From: Podarcis melisellensis
Lineage: Eukaryota
NCBI GenBank assembly: GCA_964234715.1
Contig: OZ174291.1
DNA length: 64,000 bases
Direction: 5' to 3' (one strand)
The notes beneath the pieces were generated by a model. That model was given only the letters and a program-made list of their open reading frames with translations. It searched no databases and was not told where the DNA came from. A program made the position numbers and the translations under genes. Shown here one piece after another: positions 35,790 through 47,000 of the stretch (position 1 is the stretch's first letter; each line of letters starts with the position of its first letter).

Positions 35790-38020
35790 AGCCAGCCGGA
35801 TCCACGGCAGGCGGCGGTGGCGAGGCGCTCTGCACGTGCTCGGGGCTGTGGGCGGGGCGACGAGGCCCAGCCCGTCCCGCCCGCCCCCTCGCCGCGCCCC
35901 CTCCTCCAATCCCGCCCCCTCGCGCCGCCCCGCCTGGCCTCCCGCCCCGCCCTCGCCGTCCCTGCGGCTGCCATCCCGAGCGCGAGCTGGGCCAGCCGGC
36001 GATGGGCAGCCGCGACGCGGAGCCGCCCGGAGAGCTGCAGCCAGTTCCCGCCTGAGCCTGCCTGGATCAGTAGCCGCTGCCGCCGCCGCCGCAGGATGGG
36101 CTAAGGCTCGGGCCCTGCCGAGGCCAAGGAGGAAGCCAGCAGGCAGGCGGTGAGGAGAGGAGAGGAGCCCGCCGCCCGGGCGCGTGAGGCAGGCTGCCGG
36201 CCGCGCTCGCCTCCGCCTCGGCTCGCGCCTTTGTTCTTGCCCGCCCGCCCTCGCCGAGGGGGCGGCGGCGGCGACGGCTCCTCATGGGCAGCGCGGCCGG
36301 GGCGCCCGGGGCTGAAGCACCGCTGCTGCCTCCGCGGACACCCTGCTTCCTGCGCCGGGGGATGAGCGCCCCCCGCCGCCGCCTCCTCCTCCTGCTCCGC
36401 CGCCCGGGCGCGCCGCTGCCGCCCTGACCGGCCCTCGGGCCCCCGCCGCCTCCGCGATGGTGGACCCGGTGGGCTTCGCCGAGGCGTGGCGCGCGCAGTT
36501 CGCCGACTCGGAGCCTCCCCAGATGGCGCTGCGCTCGGTGGGCGACATCGAGGCGGAGCTGGAGCGCTGCAAGGCGTCCATCCGCCGCCTGGAGCTGGAG
36601 GTGAACAAGGAGCGCTTCCGCATGATCTACCTGCAGACGCTGCTGGCCAAGGAGAAGAAGAGCTACGACCGGCAGCGCTGGGGCTTCGCCAGACCCGCCC
36701 GCGCCGGCCTCGACGACGACGACGAAGACGAGGCGACGGCCGCGGCCGACGACGGAGACGTCGGGGCTCAAACGACCGGCCAGGCCAGGCCGCCGCAGCC
36801 GCCAAGCGGCAAACCCCACCACCACCACCGGCCGCGCCCGCCTGCCCTGCGCAAGCTCTCGGCGGCGCACAGCGACGGCTCCGAGGCGGACAGCCCGACG
36901 CAGCAGCCCGACGGCAACGGCGAGGCGGCGGCGGAAGGGGGCTCCCCGGCCAGGGCCCGGGCAGCTCCCAGCAGCGGGAACAGCAGCAGTAGCCGCCGCC
37001 AGCGCCTTCTGAGCGTCTCCTCGGAGAAGGAGGCGGGCGCCTTCGAGCCGGTGGGCAGCCGGGAGCGCGGAGGGGGCGGCGCGGCCAGCAACGTGGCGGC
37101 GCTGCGCTGTAACTTCGAGCGGGGGCTGAAGAAGTCGTTGACGACGGCAGCGGCGGATGGGAAGGAGCCGTTGTCCGCGCCGCCCTGCTCGTCGGACAAG
37201 CCCTTCTACGTGAACCTGGAGTACCACCACGAGAAGGGCCTGGTGAAGGTGAACGACAAGGAGGTCTCGGACCGGATCAGCTCGCTGGGCAGCCAAGCTA
37301 TGCAGCTGGAGGCACGGAAGAAGCTCTTGCCGGGGCTGCGCGGCCGCTCGACCGAGGCCTGCGACGGCGACTACGACGACGCGGAGCTCAATGCCCGCTT
37401 CCTCAAGGACAACCTGCTGGACGGCAACGGCGCTGCCCGCTCGTCCTCCGCCTGGCAGGCCGCCCCCTCGGACTTCCAGCCCTACCAGAGCGTCTACGTC
37501 GGGGGCATGATGATGATGATGATGGCGGCCGCGGCGGGGGGCGAAGGCGCCGGGGAGCCCGGGGGCAAAGGCGCCCCGCCGACGCCGCTGCTGCGCGGCC
37601 ACTCGGGCGCCGCCGTCGAGCCGGAGAAGCCGCTGACCTGGCCGCGCCGCTCCTACTCGCCGCGCAGCTTCGACGACATCGGTGGCGGCTACACGCCCGA
37701 CTGCAGCTCCAACGAGAACCTCACGTCGAGCGAGGAGGACTTCTCGTCGGGCCAGTCCAGCCACGTCTCGCCCAGCCCCACCGCCTGCCGCCTCTACGGC
37801 CGCGACAAGAGCCGCTCGCCCTCCCAGAACTCCCAGCAGTCCTTCGACAGCAGCAGCAGCCCCCCGACGCCCCAGTCCCAGAAGCGGCACCGGCAGCAGC
37901 AGGTCGTGGTCTCCGAGGCCACCATCGTGGGCGTCCGCAAGAGTGGGCAGATCTGGCCCAGCGACGGCGACCTGCCGGCCGGCAGAGCCTCTCTCGACAG
38001 CTGCTACCACCTCGGAGAGG
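35790..38020. promoter_or_regulatory. CpG island covering the BCR promoter, 5' UTR and exon 1; multiple GC boxes (ccgccc) at 35870-35955
   Basis: Abrupt rise in GC and CpG content; Sp1-type boxes; no TATA box seen. Confidence 0.9.
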
Positions 38021-38023
38021 CAG
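36457..38023 (+). CDS. BCR: BCR activator of RhoGEF and GTPase, exon 1 (1567 nt; 522 codons + 1 nt)
   Basis: MVDPVGFAEAWRAQF... oligomerisation coiled coil (LERCKASIRRLELEVNKERFRMIYLQTLLAKEKKSYD), KPFYVN Grb2 site, LTWPRRSYSPRSF and YTPDCSSNENLTSSEEDFSSGQSS. Donor GCA G|gtgggt is phase 1, like human exon 1. Confidence 0.96.
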
Positions 38024-40869
38024 GTGGGTGGGAATCTCCTTTTGTGTCCTTGTTCTTCTTCAAGAGGGAAGGGGTGTCTCCCTTTTCTATAGCATGCAGC
38101 AGTGTTGAAATTCCTGATAATGGTGTATGTGGGGAGTCCCTTTTGTTTTCTGATGGTCCCTTTAGAAGGGGGGTGGGTATGATTTAGCCATATAGCTGCC
38201 TCTTGACTCTGTGCCTGGCTGGGTTGGGGGAGTTTCTGACCTCCCACTTTGGACAGCTTTGTGATGCCTGGTCTGGCCCACTCAGGTGAGGTCCTCAGGT
38301 TGGACCTTCTCCTCTGCTGCCTGCCCTTGGTTGGGTCAGGTGGCTCCTTCTCCTTCTATGGAAGCTGGGAAAACTCCCATCTGGGGGCTTCACGTGGTCC
38401 TTTATCTCTTGGTGGGAGGGAGGTGCCAGGATGTTGGGGTGCCCAAAGGATCCTTGGCTCTAGAATGCAGATGTTAGGGTGGCGGCAGTGGAGGAGGAGG
38501 TTGTCCAACTCAAGTGGCCCTTGGACCAGTGGATCCTGCCTCTTTAGCCTGGTTGGGGGGTTCTGCTGTATTGCTCAGAACAACAGGAAAGCACCTGAGC
38601 CCCCTCCATCCTTTTGCCTCCTGATTTTGAAAGACTTCATGGACTTTAATGGGCTGCCTTTGAGATGTTACGGAGTGTGGCTTGGCTTGTGTGATCCATG
38701 GGTCACCTGCACTCCAAGCAGGTGCTCTGCTGCTGAGCTGCTCCCTCCCCCCACTGTTAACAGGCATGTTGTGTTTTGAGTCAAGGACCAGATTCTACCT
38801 GTGATTCATTTTCGCCTGCAGTCATCACATGGTAGACATGCAGTCATCGCGTGATGGGCCTGGGTGTGTGGATGCACCTGGAAGTCATCTGGCTCAGCCT
38901 TTCCCCAACCTAGTGCCCTGCAGCTGTTTGGACTACGGTTCCCAGCCGCCATGACCATTGAGGGGAATTGTAGCTGCAGGGCACCCAGTTGGGGAAGGCT
39001 AATCCTAGCCCCTTGCACTTTCATTTAGGAACCTACCTGGGTGACCTTTTAGTGGGATGCTAGCTCATCACCTGCAAGGCTGGACATGCTACTTTCTTGG
39101 GCCTGAGACTGCTATGCTCCTTCTTGTTTAAGTGTCTTACTTTTAAGGAGTGTGTCTTCCTGGCGTAAACACTGGCCAGGTGTGTATTGTGTGTCCAGGC
39201 AGATGCTGGACTTGATGAGAGCAAGGCCGCTTAGGAGCTGCGTGTACCTTTCTAACAGACACTGGCTTCCCTTGTCCAGTTCTGAGATGATGGACAGTGG
39301 TTGTCTCTACTGGAACTTGCCCCTGCAGCTTGCCAGGCATTGCCACTGGACCTCTGCTTAAAGAGCAGAGCAGGTTTAGCAAAGCAGTAGCTGATTCTGT
39401 AGAACAGGTCTAGCAAAGGCCTTGGATAATAATTTATTATTGAGTTATAATCTCCTCATGCTTCCAGGAAGTGCCCTTCAGGTAGCCTACGGCCCCACAA
39501 ATTCATATCCTTAACAAGTACATGGGTAATGGGGACAGCAAAGGACATGAAAGTGTGGGGGGGGCAAAACATTGCATGCTGACAATCATTCTAAAATGAT
39601 AGGCATTTCTTTTTAATATTGATAGATGCTGGAGGTGCTGAACTGGAAGAGGTTGTGGCCTCTGGAGTGAGGGTCCAGATTGCTATATATATAGATCCTT
39701 CACCTTTGTCATTCCCAGAGTCAATATTGTAATAAGGAACAGCGCCTGACATTTGCAAACAGCTAAATTCCTGCCTGCTTGGCTGGGCTTCAAGAAGCTC
39801 TCAAGAGTAGAGAGGTTTGGAAGCTCTCAAGGAGAGTTGGGATCCTTCATCCTCCTAGTTTGGCATTTTGTTAATATTTAAATGCAGATAGAGTGTCTGA
39901 GTCTCCTTTTCCTGCCTCTTGTTTATCTTCCCACCACCCCACATTATATTGGGAGGGGGATTGTTTGGGCTCTGAGCTGGCTTTGGCACATGGAAGGCAA
40001 AGGCTCCTTATCCTCAAAGTGACCTCTCCCCTCCCTCCCTCCCTCCCTCCCAGATTAGAGAGCCCTCAATTTCTTTTCTTCTCAAGACTTGTGGATCTTG
40101 TGTGAGAAGCAATGGGGGCGGGGATGGGAGAGGGAGGAGGCTCAACCACTGGTCTAATCTGAACTGCAGCCATCTGTCCTGTGATGATGCTCTTTAGATG
40201 TCTGCGAAGCCTCTCCTCCGGCTTGCAGTTTCCTGGGCAGGAACAATAGGAGGGGAGGGAGGGGAGGGTGTCCAGACCATTGCCTCCAGGCCCTCTCTTC
40301 TCTTTCAGCTGCCTGGGCTGTCCTTGCAGAGAGGCAGGTGCCTTTTAAATGGGTATTCCCTCCTCCACACACACACAAAGCTTTTGCTCTTCTAGCAGAT
40401 GAAACCCTGAAACTGTGAGGCACCAGACCTGGTTCCCCAGCAAGCCCAGAATTTGTGTGTGTGCCTGCAAAAAAGGGTCATGTCTCTCCATCCCACAGAA
40501 ACAGCAGCGCAGTACCTTGAAGAGTAAGCCTGATGCAGGAAGAAAGGGCCCCTTTCCATCAGGGCATTAACCACATCCACTGTTTTATTTTTTCTATGCT
40601 TCCACATTGTTGTTGTTGTTGTTGTTATAGTTATATCCTACCTTTTTAGCAGACCAGGGCTGCTAAATTCAGCTTACATAAATTACAAGACAGATGAAAT
40701 ACAAAAAAGATAAAAAGGTATAAAAGATAACGATTGAGGATAATTTAGAATTACGGCAACGTTAAAAATTAAAATTCAGGTAATCAAAAACATGTGCTGC
40801 TCCCGGTGGTTAATAATACAGGAAAAAGACACCTTTGAAACAATTAAGGTGCAAAGCAGCGTAAATGTA

Positions 40870-41560
40870 AAAGGGAAGAGAAGCCAGAACTATGAAGAAC
40901 AAAGTGGGTGGCCTCTCAAAATAACCTGAGCAGGAAAAGAGGCAAATCTGCCTCGGGTTTGTTTTGACCTTCCTTTGCTTGAAGGTAGAAGGCAGCTGGT
41001 TGTGAGGAGGCAAAATGAAGTTCTGTAAGGCAAGATCTCAAAGCTGGGTCTGCTACTGAGAAGGCCCCACTTTCCCTGGATCCCTAAGGTAACACCAGAA
41101 CCAGCTGACATGGAAGGCAGTATTCTGGACCCCGGTACGTTTAGGACTTTTACAGGGTTACATCCAGCGCTCTGAATTGTGCCCAGAATTGAAGCTGCAG
41201 TAAAACAGGAGTGAGTTGCATACTCTCCACATCTGACTGTGATCAAGAGCCTGGCTGAACCAAACTCCTTCAGAGGCAGCCCCACATCGAGTGCATTGCA
41301 GTAGTCCAGGCGAAATGTAAATAAGGCCCACATTCCCGCAGCCTGATTGGACATCTCTGGGAATGGGTGTAGCGGGTGCATTAGCCTCATTTGTGCAAAG
41401 GTGTTCCTTGGCACTGATGAAATCTGGGTATTTAGGCTCAGAAAACGAACCCCCAGAAAATGAACTTGGGTCTTCAAGCACAGCACAACCCACATCCAAT
41501 GCAGATTGAACCGTCTTCCCTATTGGCCAGGAACACCTTTGACATGTCTGGATTAAGTTT
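40870..41560 (-). mobile_element. Degenerate L2 LINE fragment
   Basis: RLDYCNAL..GLPLK motif in the minus-strand translation. Confidence 0.7.
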
Positions 41561-42336
41561 CAATTTGTGCGTTCTCCTGGCGCCATTTTGGATGGAGGGT
41601 GAAGTCTCAACGTCTTCAGGGAAACCTGGAGTTGAGATGCAACCATGTGCTCAAGTGCGCTGCCCGAAAATGCCTATACACCAATGGGGCGGGAGGTATT
41701 CAAGGAGGTATTTTCTAAAAAACCAAAAGCTTTCCCACCAACTCTTTTGGGTTCAGTGGACCGATGCTCTGTTGTAGAATGGCATTTGCCACCCCACCTT
41801 CCCCACTCAGTCGGGCCCTCTCAAGGCAACTTTTGTAAGCCAGGAAGGGTTAAGTGCATATGTGGCTAGGTTCCAAGATTCCCGTTCACACCTTCAGATT
41901 GCACAAACATCCTTCAGAACTGGGTGAGCAGGTGCCGAAGTGACCTGCTGCAAGGGTGCAAACCGTTTTATCTGCAGAATGCCTTGTAAACTGGTCACTA
42001 GGTTCTTCAGTATCGTCTTGCAAGAGATGTCAGAGGCCCTGGAAAAAGCTCTTCTGGACAACTCTGTCCCTCTGCAGTGGTGGCAGAGAAGCATGATCCT
42101 TCACACCCCCTGGAATAATCCCTGAAAGGGTATCTTTTCTGCGTTCCCTCAATACTTTTATGCCCTCATGGTTCCCTATTCATGTTCGCAAGATCTCCAG
42201 GGAGCCTGTTTCGTTTTGCTGAGTGGGTCGTTTGAGGGCCATTTTGTCAGCTGTCCATCCAGAAAGTTGGACAGTCCCCAAGACCCAATGGGAAGTGGTA
42301 GGCATCCGCCAGTCTCTTTATAGGAGCCTTCATAAA

Positions 42337-42711
42337 AAAGGTAAAGGACCCCTGGACGGTTAAGTGCAGGCAAAGGTGACTATGGGGTGCGGCCCTCATC
42401 TCCACTTTCAAGCTGAGGGAGCCGGCGTTTGCCGTAGACAGCCTTCCAGGTCATGTGGCCAGCAGGACTAACCCGCTACTGGCACATGGAGGACCATGAC
42501 AATAGCCAGAGCACATGGAAACGCTGTTTACCTTCCCACTGCAGTGGTACCTATTTATCTACTTGCACTGGCGTGCTTTTGAACTGCTAGGTTGGCAGGA
42601 GCTGAGACAGAGCAATGGGAGCTCACCCCGCTGCGGGAATTCGAACCACCAACCTTCCGATCAACAAGCCCAAGAGGCTCAGTGGTTTAAACCATAGCAC
42701 CACCTGCTCCC
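42337..42711 (-). mobile_element. Sauria SINE (second subfamily, ggacccctggacggttaag type)
   Basis: Same architecture as the other copies; shares diagnostic sequence with the copies at 15424 and 59446. Confidence 0.85.
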
Positions 42712-44399
42712 TAGGGAATCTTCTTAATCGGTCTTCAATTTGACCCTGTAGGGGCAATAATCATATTCCCCCTAACAGTGAGAATCTACTCCTGTGGCAG
42801 AGCTGTAGGGGACCCCCCTCCATAATTGCTGGTTGGGGGTGAGCTACACAGTGGCATACATGGTTCTCACTCCACTCTCAATCCCCACAACAGCCCTGTG
42901 AGGTAGGTTAGACTGACTGGCTCACCCAGTAAGCTTCATGGCTGAGCGGTGATTCAAACCCAGTTCTCCCAGGTTCTAGTCTGCCACCTTATTATGTTTG
43001 AAAGCCCCTGTCCATGTGCTTGGTTCTCCCTCCTTGGGCTTGGTTCGTCGCTGCTTTGAAGGGTCTCCACTGCCATCCCACTGGTTGCGATTTCCTTTTC
43101 TGAGCTCTTGGGCTTGGCTGTTTGTGGGCAGGGGATGCCCCACCCCTTGAATGGTTGAAAAGGGGGAGCCAGCCCCCCTCCCACAAGCTTTGATGATAAA
43201 CCTTTGGGGAGAACTGGAGGGGGGGCAGTGTTATTTTTCTCATTGTATTTTTAAAGCTGGTGTGTGCTTGCAGGGGCAGCGGCTTCAAGGTCTTCAGAAT
43301 GCAAATCCCTCCAGATCAAAGCTCGTCTCTGCATTTGGCTGGGGCCTCAGAATCTGCAACGTTCTCCCACTTTATTTTGTGTTATAGCGTTTCAGATGCC
43401 AAGCTGGGGGCAGTGTTAGGTGTTCTGACTGCGGATTTTGTTATAATGGGGGTTGGTAGCAAAGCTCCCCTCCTCCAGCTTTCCTCTTTCCCCTCCATTA
43501 GCTCTGCAAAGAATATGGAGTAGCATAACTTCAAAGAAAATATTTCACATCCTTCTCTTAAATGACATTTGGCTCTCCCCATATTTATTTACCTACTTAA
43601 TTTTTAGAGCTGCCCTATAGCAGAAGAACTCAAGGAAGCCAGTGTGATGTTGTGGTTAGTGTCGGACTAGGACCTGGGAGATCAGGGTTCAAATCCCCAC
43701 TCACTGGGTGACTTTGGGCTGTCAACTTTTCCCTTTTCTTGTGAGGAATCCTATTCGGAATAAGGGAATTTCCCTTAAAAAAAGGGGAAAGTTGTCAGCT
43801 ATGCTTTGGGCAAGTCACAGCCTCTTAATCTACCTCGCGGGGTCATTGTAGGGATGAACGGAGGAGGGAGCTGTGTATTCCTTGGAGGAAAAAGGTGGGA
43901 TATACCGTATTTTTTGCTCTATAAGACTCACTTTTTCTCTCCAAAATTAAGGGGACATGTGTGTGCGTCTTATGGAGCAAATGCAGGCTGCGCAGCTATC
44001 ACAGAAGCCAGAACAGCAAGAGGGATCGCTGGTTTCACTGCGCAGCGACCCCTCTTGCTGTTCTGGCTTCTGAGATTCAGAATATTTTTTTCCTTGTTTT
44101 CCTCCTCCAAAAACTAGGTGCATCTTATGGTCTGGTGCGTCTTATAGAGCGAAAAATACGGTGAATGCAATAAACAAGCTCTTCTACTTCCCTACTTAGG
44201 GAAGCTGGAGGGGCCAGCCAGGTGGAGATGCCAGTCGCCCAATCTCCACGTGGTCGCAGTTGGACTTGCACCAGTCGCAAAGCGTGCCTGGGTAATTTCT
44301 CACACTGCTTTAAAGTGCTACGGCAGGTGGTCATGGTCGGGATCGCTTTGCAGCCACTTGCATATCAGGCAGTAGAGGGCCGTCACAGTTTAAGGAAGA

Positions 44400-44718
44400 A
44401 TATTGAAAGCTGGAACATGTGCAGAGGAGGGTGACCGAGGTGCTGGAAACCAAGCCATATGAGGAACGGTTGAGGGAGTTTGGTGTGTTTAGCCTGGAGA
44501 CTGTAATGTCAGATGAAGCAAGCTTGTTTCCTGCTGCTCCAGAGGGCAGGACCGGAACCAGTGGATTCAGATAACGAGAAATGAGATTCCGGCTAAACGC
44601 TATAAAGAACTTTCTGACCGTAAGAGCTTTTTGACGGTGGAACCGAGGCTGAGTGGCCATCTGTCAGGGATTCTTTAGCTGTGGTTCCTGCATTGCAGGG
44701 CGTTGGACTAGGTGACCG
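44400..44718 (+). mobile_element. CR1 LINE 3' fragment (others at ~21195-21425 -, ~34890-35015 +, ~45370-45560 -)
   Basis: LEHVQRR..., PYEERLREFGVFSLE and gttggactag 3' signature. Confidence 0.8.
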
Positions 44719-46643
44719 CCAAGTTTACAGTTTTGTGCTTCTCCACCTGCTGTGATTGAAGGCTGTGATGTTTCCTCCTCCCTGCGCTTCTCCACAGATG
44801 GGGGGGGGGAGAAAGTGGACTGAAGCAGCACTTATAGGGGGGCAGTTTCTGGTGCCGCTTAGTTGATTAACTAATTGTATCAGTCGTAATTGGTTTATTA
44901 GCTGGTTAAATCTGACCCATCGGCAAATGGATGAAGCCATTGTTTGAAAGAGGAACGCTCTTTGGAGAGGCAAAGAGAGAAAGGGAGGGGGCAGGGAAAC
45001 CCAACCAGATGGGTGGGGTATAAATAAATTATTATTTTATTTTATTATTTGTTTGTTTGTTTGGGCCATGGCCCAGTAGCGTGCATGGCTTTGCCTTATG
45101 TGCCGAAGGTCCCATCGGGGCGTCTTGCCTCTTCCACCCCCACCCTCCAACCCCCTTCTTTACGTTCTGAAGAAGCCAAACCAGTTTCCCCTTGATGACA
45201 AACAGGCTGGAATTCACACCAATTTTTCGGGCTGCTGGGTGGGTGGATTTCCAGTCCATCCGGCTTTGCTCCTTTTTCATGTGTCCCCCACACCTCCTCA
45301 AGTTCGCCATTAGAATAATAGACTTGAAGAGTGCAGGAATAAAGCAGCAGGGCCACCTGACCACTGTTCAGAAACCTCCAGCGAAGGACAGCCTGCCACC
45401 TTCCGAGGTCGTCCGTTCTGCTGTCGAACAGCTCTGGCCCTCAGAAAGTTCTTTCTGACGTTTAGTTAGGATCTCCTTTCTTGTCATTTGAATCCAGAGC
45501 AGCAGAAAACGAGCTTCCTCCATCCTCCATGTGGCAACCCTTCAGGTATTTGAAGATGGCTTGCTCGCTTGGTCTTGCAACTGGCTGGTGGCCACAGACT
45601 TCACTGGGTGAGACCCAAACTGTGGCTTGCTCTGTTCCAGGATGGGCAGCCATCACTGGGGCAAGAGGCGGCTGTCAGTGGCCTGCCTGGCTGGCTGTTT
45701 GTCCAGTCTATTCAGAAAAGCCAGTCCTGCGCAGAGAGAGGTCAAGAACGGGGGGAGGCCTCTTTTTGGGGGGGGAGGGGAAGCTGTGTTTTGCAGATAA
45801 CCTGATGTAAGAATGAGTGTGTGCAAATGTGGAATGCTGCATAGTCTTCACAATTGTTTATTTAATGCATTTTTACGCTGCCCTTTAGCCAAAACAAAGC
45901 TCCCAGGGCAGCTTGTGAGTCTCAGGAGGTGTCAGGGCAATCCCTGCCCTCGGGCTGAAATGTGGAGGCTGTTCTCATCATCCGCTGGCATTTGTGGAGC
46001 CCCTGGAGGGCCCCCCTCCTTTCTCTCTGCTGCCAGGGCTGGGCTCTTTCTCTCAGGGAGGGCTGAGATGTCGGATGGGCAATAGGCAGGGCTTGTTGGG
46101 GGTACCTGGATTGCCAAGCACTTGAAAGTTCTGCTCCAAGCCAAGTCAGAATATGTGACCTGGATACATGATTGGTTTTGAATTTTGAATTTCAGGGGGT
46201 TGGGCTAGATGACCCTTGGGGTCCCTTCCAGTTCTATGGTTCTATGACACTTTCAGTGATTTCTCAGTTTGCCTGTAGTCCTGGCTTTGCTAGCCAAAGC
46301 ACTCATATGCCTCTCCCGATTGCTGGGAGTCTTGTTAAGCTCCTTGGCCATTAAAGCTAGTGATTTGCACACAAATGTGCTCTCTCTTTTAAAAAAAGAA
46401 AGAAGGAAAGTTTACACCTGAGCTTTGTTGGGGGACACTTTTTAAGGATAGAAGCAAAGCAAACAGAGGTATTGTGGTATGTAGTCCCCCTTTCTGTCAC
46501 TTCTCCATGCAATGCAAAAGCTGGACACCTGTAATGCCACAGATGCCGTCTTGAATATTGAGGCTTAGTCTTGGAGTACTGTGAAGAAATGTGGGTGCAT
46601 GGCTCTGAGCACCTAGTGAGGGCCTTTAGGTCACCCCAGGGTA

Positions 46644-47000
46644 AAGGTAAAGGTGAAGGGACCCCTGACCATTAGGTCCAGTCGTGACTGACTCTGGGGT
46701 TGCGGTGCTCATCTCGCTTTAATGGCCGAGGGAGCCGGCGTACAGCTTCCGGGTCATGTGGCCAGTATGACTAAGCCGCTTCTGGCGAATCAGAGCAGCG
46801 CACGGAAACGCCATTTACCTTCCCGCCAGAGTGGTACCTATTTATCTACTTGCACTTTGACATGCTTTTGAACTGCTAGGTTGGTTGGAGCAGGGATTGA
46901 GCAACGGGAGCTCCCCCCATTGCGGAGATTCGAACCACCAACCTTCTGATTAGCAAGTCCTAAGCTCTGTGGTTTAAACCACAGCGCCACCCGTGTCCCC
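46644..47000 (-). mobile_element. Full-length Sauria SINE
   Basis: 12-bp TSD caccccagggta at 46632-46643 and 47001-47012. Confidence 0.9.

Noticed and set aside
38024-38187. C-terminal part of the 576-aa BCR ORF
   Set aside because: Read-through past the exon 1 donor into intron 1. CpG content and homology end at 38023.
36067-38247. 726-aa minus-strand ORF
   Set aside because: Antisense shadow of the GC-rich BCR exon 1. High GC3 suppresses antisense stops, and no recognisable domain is present.
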